A DNA stretch of 55,622 nt from Octopus bimaculoides (taxonomy: Eukaryota): the NCBI RefSeq assembly GCF_001194135.2, contig NC_068996.1, positions 14,784,688-14,840,309 on the forward strand, in the 5' to 3' direction. A model generated the notes under the pieces. The model ran no database searches. It worked only from the letters and a program-made list of their open reading frames with translations, and was not told the DNA's origin. A program made the translations under genes and the position numbers. Of this stretch, positions 1 to 11,238 are shown one piece after another; position 1 is the first letter of the stretch; each line of letters opens with the position of its first letter.

Positions 1-394
1 TTTTACGTGCTTCATCCATTAGACTGCGGCCATGCTGGGGCACCACCTTGAAGAATTTTTTTGTCGGATGAATCAACCCCTGTACTTATTTTGCTAAGCC
101 TGGAATTTATGTTATCGGCCTCTTTTGGTCGAACCGCAAAGTTATGAGGGACGTAAACCCACCAACAACGGTTGTCAAGCGACGGTGAGGGACAAACACA
201 GATACAAAGACACACAAGCACGCACATACACATACACATATATCCGACGGGCTTCTTCTAGTTTCCGTCTACCAAATCCATTCACAAGGCTTTGGTCAGC
301 CCGAAGCTATAGTAGAAGACACCTAAAAGAGTCACGCAGTGGGACTGAGCCTGGAGCCATGTGTCTGTGAAGCAAGCTTCTTAGCCCATTGCCA
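1..394 (-). mobile_element. tRNA-derived SINE, family A (~400 bp, internal microsatellite; possibly CORE/OR-type)
   Basis: Reverse complement matches the 5865-6280 copy block by block (head ...cagtcccactgcgtg..., ctatagc..cgggc.gaccaaagccttgtga.tggatttggtagacggaaact, tail ggtgc.ccagcatggccgcagtc). Family name is from recall, not from a search. Confidence 0.9.
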
Positions 395-1568
395 TACATA
401 CACACACGCACGCACGCACGCACACACGCACACACACACACATTTTTGAAGAGAACAACAACTCAGTTGAGTATTATAAGACAGAGATAGAACTACAAGA
501 AGAGGAAGAAAACAGCAGAAAAAAAAATAAACAGAAATTATTGTAAAATTACAAATAGAGTTTTTTTGTTGTTGCTGTTTTGTCGTTAAAGTGTCATTTT
601 CGTCGTTGTTATTGTTGTAACAGGCAAGGAAAAAGGAGGAAGCAGAGGAAGAAGAAGAGAAGGAAGAGTAGGGTGAGGAGAAGAAGCAGTAGGATTACAT
701 CTGAGCTAAAATCTCATTCTTTGTTCAGCGACCGACCACCAAAGTAGATTTCACCGGAACCATTTCACCGTTAATCTCCTTCAACGGCATCGCAAACCAA
801 AAATATACCAACCACCACCACCACCACCACCACCACTTCCACCGCCACCGCCGCTGCCGCCACCGCCGCTGCCGCCACCGTCACCACCATCACCACCACC
901 ACCAGCACCNNNNNNNNNNNNNNNNNNNNNNNNNNNNNNNNNNNNNNNNNNNNNNNNNNNNNNNNNNNNNNNNNNNNNNNNNNNNNNNNNNNNNNNNNNN
1001 NNNNNNNNNNNNNNNNNNNNNNNNNNNNNNNNNNNNNNNNNNNNNNNNNNNNNNNNNNNNNNNNNNNNNNNNNNNNNNNNNNNNNNNNNNNNNNNNNNNN
1101 NNNNNNNNNNNNNNNNNNNNNNNNNNNNNNNNNNNNNNNNNNNNNNNNNNNNNNNNNNNNNNNNNNNNNNNNNNNNNNNNNNNNNNNNNNNNNNNNNNNN
1201 NNNNNNNNNNNNNNNNNNNNNNNNNNNNNNNNNNNNNNNNNNNNNNNNNNNNNNNNNNNNNNNNNNNNNNNNNNNNNNNNNNNNNNNNNNNNNNNNNNNN
1301 NNNNNNNNNNNNNNNNNNNNNNNNNNNNNNNNNNNNNNNNNNNNNNNNNNNNNNNNNNNNNNNNNNNNNNNNNNNNNNNNNNNNNNNNNNNNNNNNNNNN
1401 NNNNNNNNNNNNNNNNNNNNNNNNNNNNNNNNNNNNNNNNNNNNNNNNNNNNNNNNNNNNNNNNNNNNNNNNNNNNNNNTAGGCAGCTTAACTAACAGTT
1501 TACCTACATTTCACACCATCCGGCGTTCAAAACTATGTGCACAACCCATACGTGTCATTCCGGAGCTC

Positions 1569-1614
<46 letters not shown>

Positions 1615-2182
1615 ATATATCACACAACACTATATAGTCATATGTAATATATATCACCCACCGGATGCTTCAAACAACACGGGCAAGTTTGAAGATTGCC
1701 GCACAAGAATAAAAGAATCCCTCATGAAACTGGGAACACCACGTAAGTGTGTTTCTTATGAGTGGTTTCAACTCCCCCAGTGTCAAATGGCCCGCGGGCC
1801 TCATGCTCTCAGGTATGACTCATTGAAAACACAAGCACAGGTAGAGTCCCTGCTCAGCCTGACTAATGTCCTATTTATGGAACAAATTGTGCTCCGACCA
1901 ACTAGAGCAAATAACATATTGAATCTCCGTTTCACAAACAATATGGATATCGTTCATAATGTGAAAGTGACTCCGACATTAGTTTCAGATCACAGCATAA
2001 TAGAGCTGTCTATGTTTGGACCAAAAATAGCCACAGACATACTACCTAAATGAAGCACCCGAAATCTCTGCCTGATCTTCCACAAAGTGGACTGGAAATC
2101 GATCCAAAAAAGAAATCCTCAGACAGGACTGACCGAAATATTTCTCCACACCAGAAATCGTCATGAAACTAGAGTATTTCAT

Positions 2183-2351
2183 TATTTACATTATTTACAT
2201 TATTTTCAATTGATGGATATTTGTCCTCATCTTGTTTGCTGTTAACACAACGTTTCGGCTGATATACCCTCCAGCCTTCATCAGGTGTCGTGGGGGAAAT
2301 TTCGAACCTGGGTTTTCATTCCTAAGGTATTCTTCGATGTTGTTGTTGTTG

Positions 2352-2407
<56 letters not shown>

Positions 2408-2492
2408 GTTCAGGTCACTGCTATGTGTCGAACTCGGAATCTTGGGGTTAGTAGCCCGCGCTCTTAACCATTATGCCATATGCCCGTGGGCA
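2183..2492 (-). mobile_element. tRNA-derived SINE, family D, with hammerhead-ribozyme-like 3' module
   Basis: 13-bp TSD tagagtatttcat at 2170-2182 and 2493-2505. Minus-strand head has A-box-like TGGCATAATGG and B-box-like GAGTTCGA, followed by (AAT)n(AAC)n, a unique body, a hammerhead core and a (TAATGTAAA)n tail. Confidence 0.9.
2244..2289 (-). ncRNA. Minimal type-I hammerhead ribozyme (predicted)
   Basis: Minus strand: GACAC-CUGAUGA-A-[GGCUG gaggguauau CAGCC]-GAAA-CG-UU-GUGUU. Stem I GACAC/GUGUU, 5-bp stem II, palindromic ACGU stem III, GUU triplet. Confidence 0.75.
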
Positions 2493-3714
2493 TAGAGTAT
2501 TTCATGTTTGTTATGCAAGTCATATGCTACAAATATGTCCCCAGAGCCCAAGCCCAGCACAATAAGGAACGAGATTCCAAGGGAGAGGAAGATCCTCACG
2601 AGACGACTGATAAAGGTTGCAAATCGCTGCAACCAACTTCCCAAAAGTAGTGACAGGTCCGCCTAAAAGCAAGACTGATGAAGACTACAAAAAAGCCTGC
2701 AACAATCCCATGTGAAGGAGAGGGCAGACGAACAAACCTGGGTTACAAAAACATAAAGTCAAACCCAATGGTCTTCTTTCATTATGCCAAAAGAAACAGC
2801 CTCAGTATGTTGCAAAATAGGAGCCCTCTTCCAGAAGGACGACTCCCTCACAGATAACTCAACCAAGATCAGTGAAGTACTGAATGACCGGTTCAAAAAT
2901 GACTACACCGTTGGAACACAGACAAGTGAACGAACCAGTGGATTTATCTGCCGCTTCACCAATAACCAGGGAAGCAGTTCCGATAGATTACATCAACATT
3001 GGGGAAGAAGATATAATACTAGCCATAGATGAGGTAGATACAAACTCAGCTGCTGACCCTGGCCCTGCAAACGTGCCCTGGCAAAACCACTACAGATTCT
3101 CTTCCAGAGTTTTCTTGCAAATGACAAGCTGCCAAGCTAACTGAAGGAAGGAATCATATGCTCAATTCATAAAGGAGGAAACAGGAGAGATGCCAAAAAT
3201 TATAGGCCTATCACTCTGACTTCACACATCAGCAAAGTCATGGGAACGAATACTCGGAGGAAACTAATCACGTTCCATAAAGAAAATAACTTGCTGAGTG
3301 ATACCCAGCATGGTTTTCGACCAGGTTTTCGACCAGGTTTTCGACCATGCTGCATAACACAGCTCCTACAGTACTATGACTGGGTGTTAAAGCAGTTACT
3401 TGACAACTCAAATGTGGACGTAACTTACATTGACTTTGCAAAAGCTTTTGATAAAGTTGATCGTGGTATGATGAGCTACAAACTTCGCGATCACGGCATA
3501 GCTGCAAAACTTGGAGAGTGGTTACATGACTTTCTGAAATATAAAAGTCAGGCAATGGTGGTCAATGGAGCCACCTCAAAAGAAGCACAAATCATGAGTG
3601 GTGTTCCATAGGGCAGTCTCTTGGAACCATTGCTTTTCATAGTGACCCTCTCAAATATATCCTCAGCTGCCCGGATAGCCACTCTTGCTAGCTACGCCGA
3701 CGAGACTGCCTGAA

Positions 3715-5200
3715 CATTGTTAAACCCAGTGAGATCATCACTATGTGAGTTTTTTTACCCATGGTAATCCGTTAGTGGACAAAAGTTCACTTTTTTTTTC
3801 GCATGCCTGATAAAATTGAATAGCTTTATCAAGCAGCGATCTAGAGATAGAGTGATAAAAGTCTACGATATCAATCTAGGTAAATTTAGCCTTATTCTTA
3901 TTCTCGATATTCTTAAACCAATCTTATTTCTTTATTGCCCACAAGGGGCTAAACATAGAGGGGACAAACAAGGACAGACAAAGAGATTAAGTCGATTACA
4001 TCGACCCCAGTGCGTAACTGATACTTAATTTATCGACCCCGAAAGGATGAAAGGCAAAGTCGACCTCGGCGGAATTTGAACTCAGAACGTAACGGCAGAC
4101 GAAATACCGACAAGCATTTTGCCCGGCATGCTAACGATTCTGCCAGCTCGCCGCCTTCATAAACCAATCTATTACAGTAAAACTGTTAATCCACTGTTGA
4201 AGCCTAGTAATTTCCCTAATCCTATTATTAATATTTCTAAGTATTTTTTTTAGCTACAAACTCAATTTCAGATCTCACTGGGTTTAACAATCTACAGTAA
4301 GGATTATAATGAAAATTGGGCTTATGGTCTTTTAAAGTAATAAACGCCCCTCTCTTAGCTAAGCATTCTAATCTATCATCGATATTGTTATGTTTAGCGA
4401 GGAATTTAGCATCATCATTGATATCATAGTATCTCTCTACATTAGCTTTCTTATATTTAAAGAAAATGGTGTATTTTAGCAACTTATCATACAAGTCATT
4501 AGTAACTTCATATAGTTTATTAGTCTTATCCGAAAAAACGAATTTCTCTTTAGAATTTCTGAAGTATTTAATCTCAGATTTCATTTTAGACTGAAAGGAG
4601 ATATCAGATTTTCGAAACCTAATATTAGTAACTAAATTAAGGAGGTCAGACTGAAAGGGGGCTAAATCGTTAACAATAGGCGGCTATTTCCGTGTCTTTA
4701 AATCATATTATTAATATTATTAATATTTTGATTAATAGGAGGTTTATATATTAATTAATCTTTGAAGCCACTATTGGCATGTTATTAGTGGATCGAATAA
4801 ATGCAGACTTTGGCTGAAAGAGAGCAGATCCTGTTCAAATCTAAGATCCCTAACTCTCTATTGAAATCCAGGTCAGAAATTTTCAGTGGTTACATGCATA
4901 TGTATAAATATATTCTGAAGAATTGGAAAATTCTGCCTATTCTCGACTAACTTGATATCTTTCCAGCCTTATCATTTAAGGCCTAAGGAGGATAGCACTT
5001 TTCAACTTTTGACTCTTTAGTTTCGTTTTTCGTTTTCCGTTGTTCACCGTCTGCGTTTTCTATATGCTGCCTTCTCAGCTTCATCGGTGTTCTTCTATTT
5101 ATTCAATTTTTAAAGTTCGTTATGATATGTGGTCTTCACCCGAAGAATATATTTCAGGTCTCTCAACGTATGAAACTATTAGTAGCGCTTTAATACATGT
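3715..5200 (-). mobile_element. Penelope-like element (PLE) RT remnant, N-terminal half
   Basis: ORF 4237-4584 contains FITLKDHKPNF...CRLLNP.RSEI. Across the SINE insertion the frame continues DWFKNIENKNKAKFT*IDIVDFYHSIS (RT motif A, DxxDFYPS-like). The upstream YDLKTRK*PP...FQSDLL is typical of such ORFs. Clade assignment is from recall. Confidence 0.75.
3925..4159 (-). mobile_element. tRNA-derived SINE, family B (~235 bp)
   Basis: 11-bp TSD taaaccaatct at 3914-3924 and 4160-4170. Head ggcgagctggcagaatcgttagc...gagttcaaattcc; central gcctttcatcctttcggggtcgataaa. Near-identical to 8666-8896. Confidence 0.92.
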
Positions 5201-5587
5201 ATTGTGACCTTTAAATAATAATATTTATCTCTTGCCAGATGAAGTACTTTTTTTAAAATTTTCTATCAAGGATATATATATATATATANNNNNNNNNNNN
5301 NNNNNNNNNNNNNNNNNNNNNNNNNNNNNNNNNNNNNNNNNNNNNNNNNNNNNNNNNNNNNNNNNNNNNNNNNNNNNNNNNNNNNNNNNNNNNNNNNNNN
5401 NNNNNNNNNNNNNNNNNNNNNNNNNNNNNNNNNNNNNNNNNNNNNNNNNNNNNNNNNNNNNNNNNNNNNNNNNNNNNNNNNNNNNNNNNNNNNNNNNNNN
5501 NNNNNNNNNNNNNNNNNNNNNNNNNNNNNNNNNNNNNNNNNNNNNNNNNNNNNNNNNNNNNNNNNNNNNNNNNNNNNNNNNNNNNNN

Positions 5588-5623
<36 letters not shown>

Positions 5624-5797
5624 TATATGTATGTATGTATCATTCACATGTATAATTTCATGCGCACATGCAGCCGGACGTACACACTCATATTTGCATA
5701 CTTAAACGAATGTTTGACCGTATACATATCTATCTATGATATATATATGTGTCTGTGTGTGTATATTATATATATAAATATACATACACACATATAT

Positions 5798-5832
<35 letters not shown>

Positions 5833-5864
5833 TTGTGTGTGTACCTATATATCTGTATGTCTGT

Positions 5865-6033
5865 AGGATTGGCTGTGTGGTAAGTAGCTTGCTTACCAAC
5901 CAGATGGCTCCGGGTTCAGTCCCACTGCGTGGCCTCTTGGGCAAGTGTTTTCTACTATAGCCTCGAGCCGACCAAAGCCTTGTAAGTGGATTTGGTAGAC
6001 GGAAACTGAAAGAAGCCCGTCGCATATATATAA

Positions 6034-6065
<32 letters not shown>

Positions 6066-6280
6066 GTGTGTGTATATGTTTGCGTGTCCGTGTTTGTCCT
6101 CCCAACATCACTTGACAACCGATGCTGGTGTGTTTACGTCCCCGTAAGTTAGCGGTTCGGCAAAAGAGACGGATAGAATAAGTACTAGGCTTACAAAGAA
6201 TAAGTCCTGGGGTCGATTAGCTCGACTAAAGGCGGTGCTCCAGCATGGCCACAGTCAAATGACTGAAACAAGTAAAAGAG
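5865..6280 (+). mobile_element. SINE family A, full length
   Basis: Head tggctgtgtggtaagtagcttgc...gggttcagtccc (A/B-box-like), internal (TA)n/(TG)n, tail gactgaaacaagtaaaagag. Confidence 0.92.
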
Positions 6281-6689
6281 TATATATATATATATATATA
6301 TAAATATATTATATGTGTGTATGTATATGAATGGATTCTATTCTTATTCTTATTGTTTGTTAAATCGAGTGGAATCCTTTATCAATATTTTAGTAAGTAA
6401 TATGATACTAAAGAAATATTTATTTAAGAGTATATTGTGAGTAAATTACCTTAAAATAACATTTATTTAAATTCCATTATTTTTTATTATGATTCTATAC
6501 TAGCTATAATTATTTTAAATAGTTATCAGGGTTTAAATTTGTAAAATCTATAATTATAATTATAAATTCATCTTTTTTATTTTCATTCTAATTTTTTTTT
6601 ACATTTATTTTTAAGAAGTATTATTTTTATATATATTTATCTGAATGCATATGCAAGTATATGGGTATTCATATGTACGTCAGGGAATA

Positions 6690-7020
6690 TGTATGTATAT
6701 GCATGTATATATATGTATATATGTGTATATGTATCTATGTATGCATGTGTGTGTCTATGGTTATACATATATATATATTGTGTGTGTGTTCCACTGAATA
6801 TATATAAATAAACNNNNNNNNNNNNNNNNNNNNNNNNNNNNNNNNNNNNNNNNNNNNNNNNNNNNNNNNNNNNNNNNNNNNNNNNNNNNNNNNNNNNNNN
6901 TATATATATATATGTATATATGTATATATGTGTATATGTATCTATGTATGCATGTGTGTGTCTATGGTTATACATATATATATATTGTGTGTGTGTTCCA
7001 CTGAATATATATAAATAAAC
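6690..7020. repeat. ~120-bp sequence repeated on both sides of the N-gap 6814-6900 (probable assembly overlap)
   Basis: ...gtatctatgtatgcatgtgtgtgtctatggttatac...ccactgaatatatataaataaac occurs identically before and after the gap. Confidence 0.75.
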
Positions 7021-7064
7021 CTTCGAACAGACAACCAACAGCGACTCCTGCTGGATTCAGCTAC

Positions 7065-7107
7065 TCCACATTGATCAAGGGCAAATACTCCGAAACCGGT
7101 CTGTGGA
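7065..7107 (+). ncRNA. Degenerate type-I hammerhead-like core (probable PLE terminal-repeat relic)
   Basis: UCCACA-UUGAUCA-A-[GG gcaaauacu CC]-GAAA-CCGG-UC-UGUGGA: 6-bp stem I, palindromic ACCGGU stem III, GUC site. Core has C3U and G8C changes. Confidence 0.55.
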
Positions 7108-7407
7108 AGTTGAACTAGCATGGGGAAGCTGATGACCTCCCCTGTTCGAAGGTTGTAATGGACACTGATTTGTACGTCACATAGCTAGCTAGAGGCGATG
7201 GCCTCTCGGAGCTAACCAACGGTAGCATTCGCCCTATTTCTCTGGACTGCCATGTTAGCTTGGCGATAAATATTAATAATCAGGAATGCTCTCTTTGGAG
7301 AGACTTGGAAATAATATTTTTTCTATATATATATAGCAAGAGAGAAGAGTCAAGCTTAAAGCCTGACGGAGATGATAAGCAATGAATGGCTACCTTTGCT
7401 GACTCAC

Positions 7408-7527
7408 CAATGAGAGGGCGTTACGGTTCCGCGTCTGATGACGGCGGTTCCACCTAACCAAAGGTTGATTTACCTTGGTAAGTGGAAAATGTGCCTTTGC
7501 TCTCTCTTGCTCCCTAACATGCTCATC
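7408..7527 (-). CDS. Candidate internal exon of an unidentified host gene (120 nt; alternative donor gives 54 nt, 7474-7527)
   Basis: tacag|GAT...TTG|gtgagt, phase 0/0, open: DEHVREQERAKAHFPLTKVNQPLVRWNRRHQTRNRNALSL. Internal donor AAG|gtaaat. The acceptor pyrimidine tract is weak. Confidence 0.45.
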
Positions 7528-8032
7528 CTGTACACTATTACAACTACATATGCATATTGTGTGTGTGTGTGAGTGTGTGTGTGTGTGTGTGTGTTTGAGA
7601 ATGTGTATGTGTTTGTGCCTGTGTGTGTTTGTGCGTGTGTGTATGTTTGTGTGCGCGTGTATGTGTATGCGCACGCGAGTCACTAATTGACAACCGTAGT
7701 CGGTTCACTAACTTAGAAACCTGCGTAAAAATGTCGGATTTCAGTAGACTATTATAAATTAACGATTGACTGAAAACACTTCGAAGTGGTGCTCCATCCT
7801 GGCCGCACTAGCATGATTGAAACGCAAGAATAATAGAATCAAAAGATACACACAACCACATTTATTAGAGTTTTATCTTGAATGTTTACCATAGTACTTG
7901 TTTCTATTTAATTTTTAACTGTTGAACTTGAAGTGGATAAAGCTAAATGTAATGACGTGTAGATATTAGTCTAAAAATTCCTTTGAAGAAAAAAAAAATA
8001 AGTGAAAGTCTGCATGTTGGACGCGAACTCAC

Positions 8033-8061
8033 ATCTGTAAACATGGCAGCTTTTCTGTTAC
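8033..8061 (-). CDS. Candidate 29-nt microexon
   Basis: ttgttttag|GTAACAGAAAAGCTGCCATGTTTACAGAT|gtgagt; phase 1 to 0, (G)NRKAAMFTD. Bridges the phases of the 11203-11238 and 7408-7527 exons. Confidence 0.45.
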
Positions 8062-8665
8062 CTAAAACAATCCGTTGAACTTTATCTTTTTTAGACACTA
8101 TTTTTACACCGAGAGAATTGTATGTTGTTTACATCACGGAATTTGAAATAATTTATTTATTTTACTTTTCCATTTCTCACCGAAATAAATATGAATAACA
8201 AGTATAATATAAATTTTATATTAAGAAATAGACGCTACAAGCTTAATGAAATGTCACCCCTTTTCGCTTTTCAGTTCAAGTCAATTATTTTCGCTTCATC
8301 AACACCACTTTCATCAATGTAACTTTTCCTCTTAAATTATGTAACTTGTCTCCCACGTAGGAACGAAGCATTTTAAATATGATACAAGCAATACCTTTTA
8401 GATTTCAGTTTTAATATCATCTCTTCTCTTAAATCATGTTTCATTGTTCCTCATCTGATAAAAATTCCTTGTTTCTCGGTAATCTAGATTTTGCAAAAGT
8501 AGAACAATGCTATCTTATATAGTCTTCCATAAAAGGTCTAGAAGGTAAGACATTAAATTTGTGATGCTGAGTAGAAATTCTAGATATTTCATCTACGATA
8601 AAGAAAGAGACTCAAATCAACATCGAACGTACATGGAATAACGGAACCCTGATTTCTGTTCTTAT

Positions 8666-8896
8666 TTCTTTATTGCCCACAAGGAGCTAAACATAGAGGG
8701 GACAAACAAGGACAGACAAAGGGATTAATTCGATTACATCGATCCCAGTGTGTAGCCAGTACGTATTTAATCGACCCCGAAAGGATGAAAGGCTAAGTTG
8801 ACCTCGGTAGAATTTGAAACTCAAAACGTGAAGACAGACGAAATACCGCTAATCATTTCGTCCGGCGTGCTAACGTTTCTGCCAGCTCGCCACCTA
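8666..8896 (-). mobile_element. SINE family B
   Basis: 14-bp TSD atttctgttcttat at 8652-8665 and 8897-8910; body aligns with 3925-4159. Confidence 0.92.
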
Positions 8897-9224
8897 ATTT
8901 CTGTTCTTATCATCTCTTAGCCGCCATCTGAACGATCGACAGGAGTAAATATAGTAGTGGTAGAAGATCTGGCACATATTATAGGAGAAACACTTTCCTC
9001 TAGCTAAGGGGCCATCCATATCTTGCTGAAACCTTATCATACAAAGTCACTACGAGATCGGCAGTTTTGAGTTTTCTCTGCATGGGCATTTATCGTATTT
9101 ATTTGTATATAAGGCAGTCGCGATTCCATTTACCGGCGTTGTTAGCGTGCTAACTGTATCATAAGTATTTCTACTACTACAAATTGGTCGTAGTTGGTGC
9201 TTGCTATCCGATAAATACATATGA

Positions 9225-9368
9225 AGGCGCGTGGCTTCTCCCTGAGAACTGCTTTAAGGGTACACGTGTGTGTGGAATGCTCAACTACTCGCACGTTAAT
9301 TTCATGAGCAGGTTGTTCTATTGACCGTATCAGTCGGGACCCTAGTCGTCGTAATCGAGGGAGTGCTT
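9225..9368 (+). mobile_element. 3' fragment of SINE family C
   Basis: gagaactgctttaagggtacacgtg...cacgttaatttcatgagcagg...gggagtgc aligns with 42760-42890. Confidence 0.75.
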
Positions 9369-10159
9369 CTTTTATATACATACATATACATACATACATA
9401 CATACATNNNNNNNNNNGCTGTTGCCTCTCCACAGTTATTGACGGTTATGATTGAAATATCGTATCATACACTGGAGTAGTGATACCTTTACTTTACATC
9501 TAGATGTGCAATCAAACGTGTTCTGTCCGTGATGCTCACACATTTATGTTGAAAACACATGCAAAGTAAGGCCTACATTATGCAAAATATCTATTCTATT
9601 AAACTAGGAGCGTTTAAGTTGCACAGGATTCGCATGCTTTTTCTAGGAAATAGACCAGCTGCTCAGAGTCTATACAATATTTTCGTAGAGGTACTACATG
9701 GTATTGCTTTTAATTCTGGCACAAAGTTAGCATTTTTATGAGGAGGGTACAGGTCGATTACACCGACTCCAAGGGATGAGATTCAAAGTTAACTTCGGTT
9801 GCATTTGAACTCGAATACTAACGTTGATCTAATCCACAACCATCTGATCAAACACTTTCCAAGTGTGACCTTTTAGTTATTTTGTGAGAGGCTAAGTTAT
9901 GAAGGACTCTGTTATCTAACATGGCTATCTCTTTGCCAAATACTCTCGCTGCTATATCTAGCATTCATGCCGATGTCGATCCGCAACATTATTCGCTTTG
10001 TTTTGTTTTTTTGTTGTATTTTTTTCGCTTGCCTGTTTGTTTCCGGAATTCACACATCGTGACAATAAACTCAATAAAATTATTTACTTATTCCATTAGA
10101 GGAAAAAAACAGGAAGTACAAAAAAAATGTTCCTTCCTATTTTTTCGTTTAGCTGTCTA

Positions 10160-10360
10160 TTGCATTATCATCATCATCATCATCATCGTCATTGGCATCG
10201 TCATCATCATCATCATCGTCATTGTCATCGTCATCCACCTCCTCCTCCTCCTCATCATCATCATCATTATCATCATCATCATTATCAACAGCATTCTTTC
10301 TTCTTCTTCTTCTTCTTCTTCTTCTTCTTCTTCCTATTATTATTATCATTATTATTATCA

Positions 10361-10412
<52 letters not shown>

Positions 10413-10415
10413 CAT
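10160..10415. repeat. Compound trinucleotide microsatellite (CAT/CCT/CTT/TAT)n
   Basis: Directly visible. Confidence 0.95.
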
Positions 10416-10961
10416 AAAGTCCCTAAATTGCATTCCTCTCCTTTCCCCATTTTTTCTTCCTTGCCAAGATAGTGTTGCTGACTCTGTTATGTTGTTTCAT
10501 TTTAAAGCTTTCTTTTTCGATGTTTGCTTTCCTTTTTTTTTTTCTTTTAAAGTTGTTTTTTCCTCATGACTGCTCACTTCAGTTTTTCTGCGTATCATCC
10601 TATGCACTTTTTCTCTCTCCCTTCCATTTACGATTTCATCCTCTCTCTCGCTCTGTCTCTCTTTCTCCCTGTTTCTGTCTCTTTCATCCTTTTTTTCTTT
10701 TTGTCTCTCTTCCTTACTCTCCCTTCTTATTTTCATTTCTTTTATTCTTGTATCCCTTTATCTTATTATTTCATTTTATGTTATGAAACATTAAGCTTTT
10801 AAAAGAAATAAGATTATATTTATGTGTAGGTGGGTGTATTTATACACACATACTTGTATATTGTGCGTACATATATACACTCATACGCATATACATTCAC
10901 ACACGCACACAGATAGATAGATAGATATATAGATAGATAGATAGATATCTGTGTGTGTATG

Positions 10962-11007
<46 letters not shown>

Positions 11008-11202
11008 CATACATACATATATATATATGTATATATATATAAATATATATATATATANNNNNNNNNNNNNNNNNNNNNNNNNNNNNNNNNNNNNNNNNNN
11101 NNNNNNNNNNNNNNNNNNNNNNNNNNNNNNNNNNNNNNNNNNNNNNNNNNNNNNNNNNNNNNNNNNNNNNNNNNNNNNNNNNNNNTAGACTTGCCGATTC
11201 AC

Positions 11203-11238
11203 CTTTTCCATTATCTGTCACATCAGCAGCCGCGCTTT
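11203..11238 (-). CDS. Candidate 36-nt symmetric microexon
   Basis: Strong polypyrimidine acceptor (ttttgtctttgtttttcttcatcattctag), donor AG|gtgaat. The only open frame is phase 1/1: (E)SAAADVTDNGK. Confidence 0.5.

Larger units (their letters stand above)
1625..3710 (+). mobile_element. Degraded CR1/L2-like LINE ORF2 remnant (APE endonuclease C-terminus + RT N-terminal half)
   Basis: APE motifs IYHPP, PTRANNILNLRFTN, SDH; RT motifs HKGGNRRDAKNYRPITLTSH, QHGFRPG, YIDFAKAFDKVD, SGVP*GS, SYADE. Multiple stops and frameshifts; interrupted by the SINE at 2183-2492. Confidence 0.9.

Noticed and set aside
5035-5095. Minus-strand CCGATGAA-GCTG..CAGC-atata-GAAA upstream of the PLE ORF
   Set aside because: Spacing between stem II and GAAA is wrong and there is no stem I; too degenerate to call.
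6690-7020. Direct repeat flanking a small gap as a biological duplication
   Set aside because: Identical sequence on both sides of an N-gap is typical of an unmerged contig overlap.
7128-7445. Isolated CTGATGA at ~7129 and ~7435 (also 2676, 12415, 19456 minus, 46148)
   Set aside because: No stem II followed by GAAA; chance or coding context.
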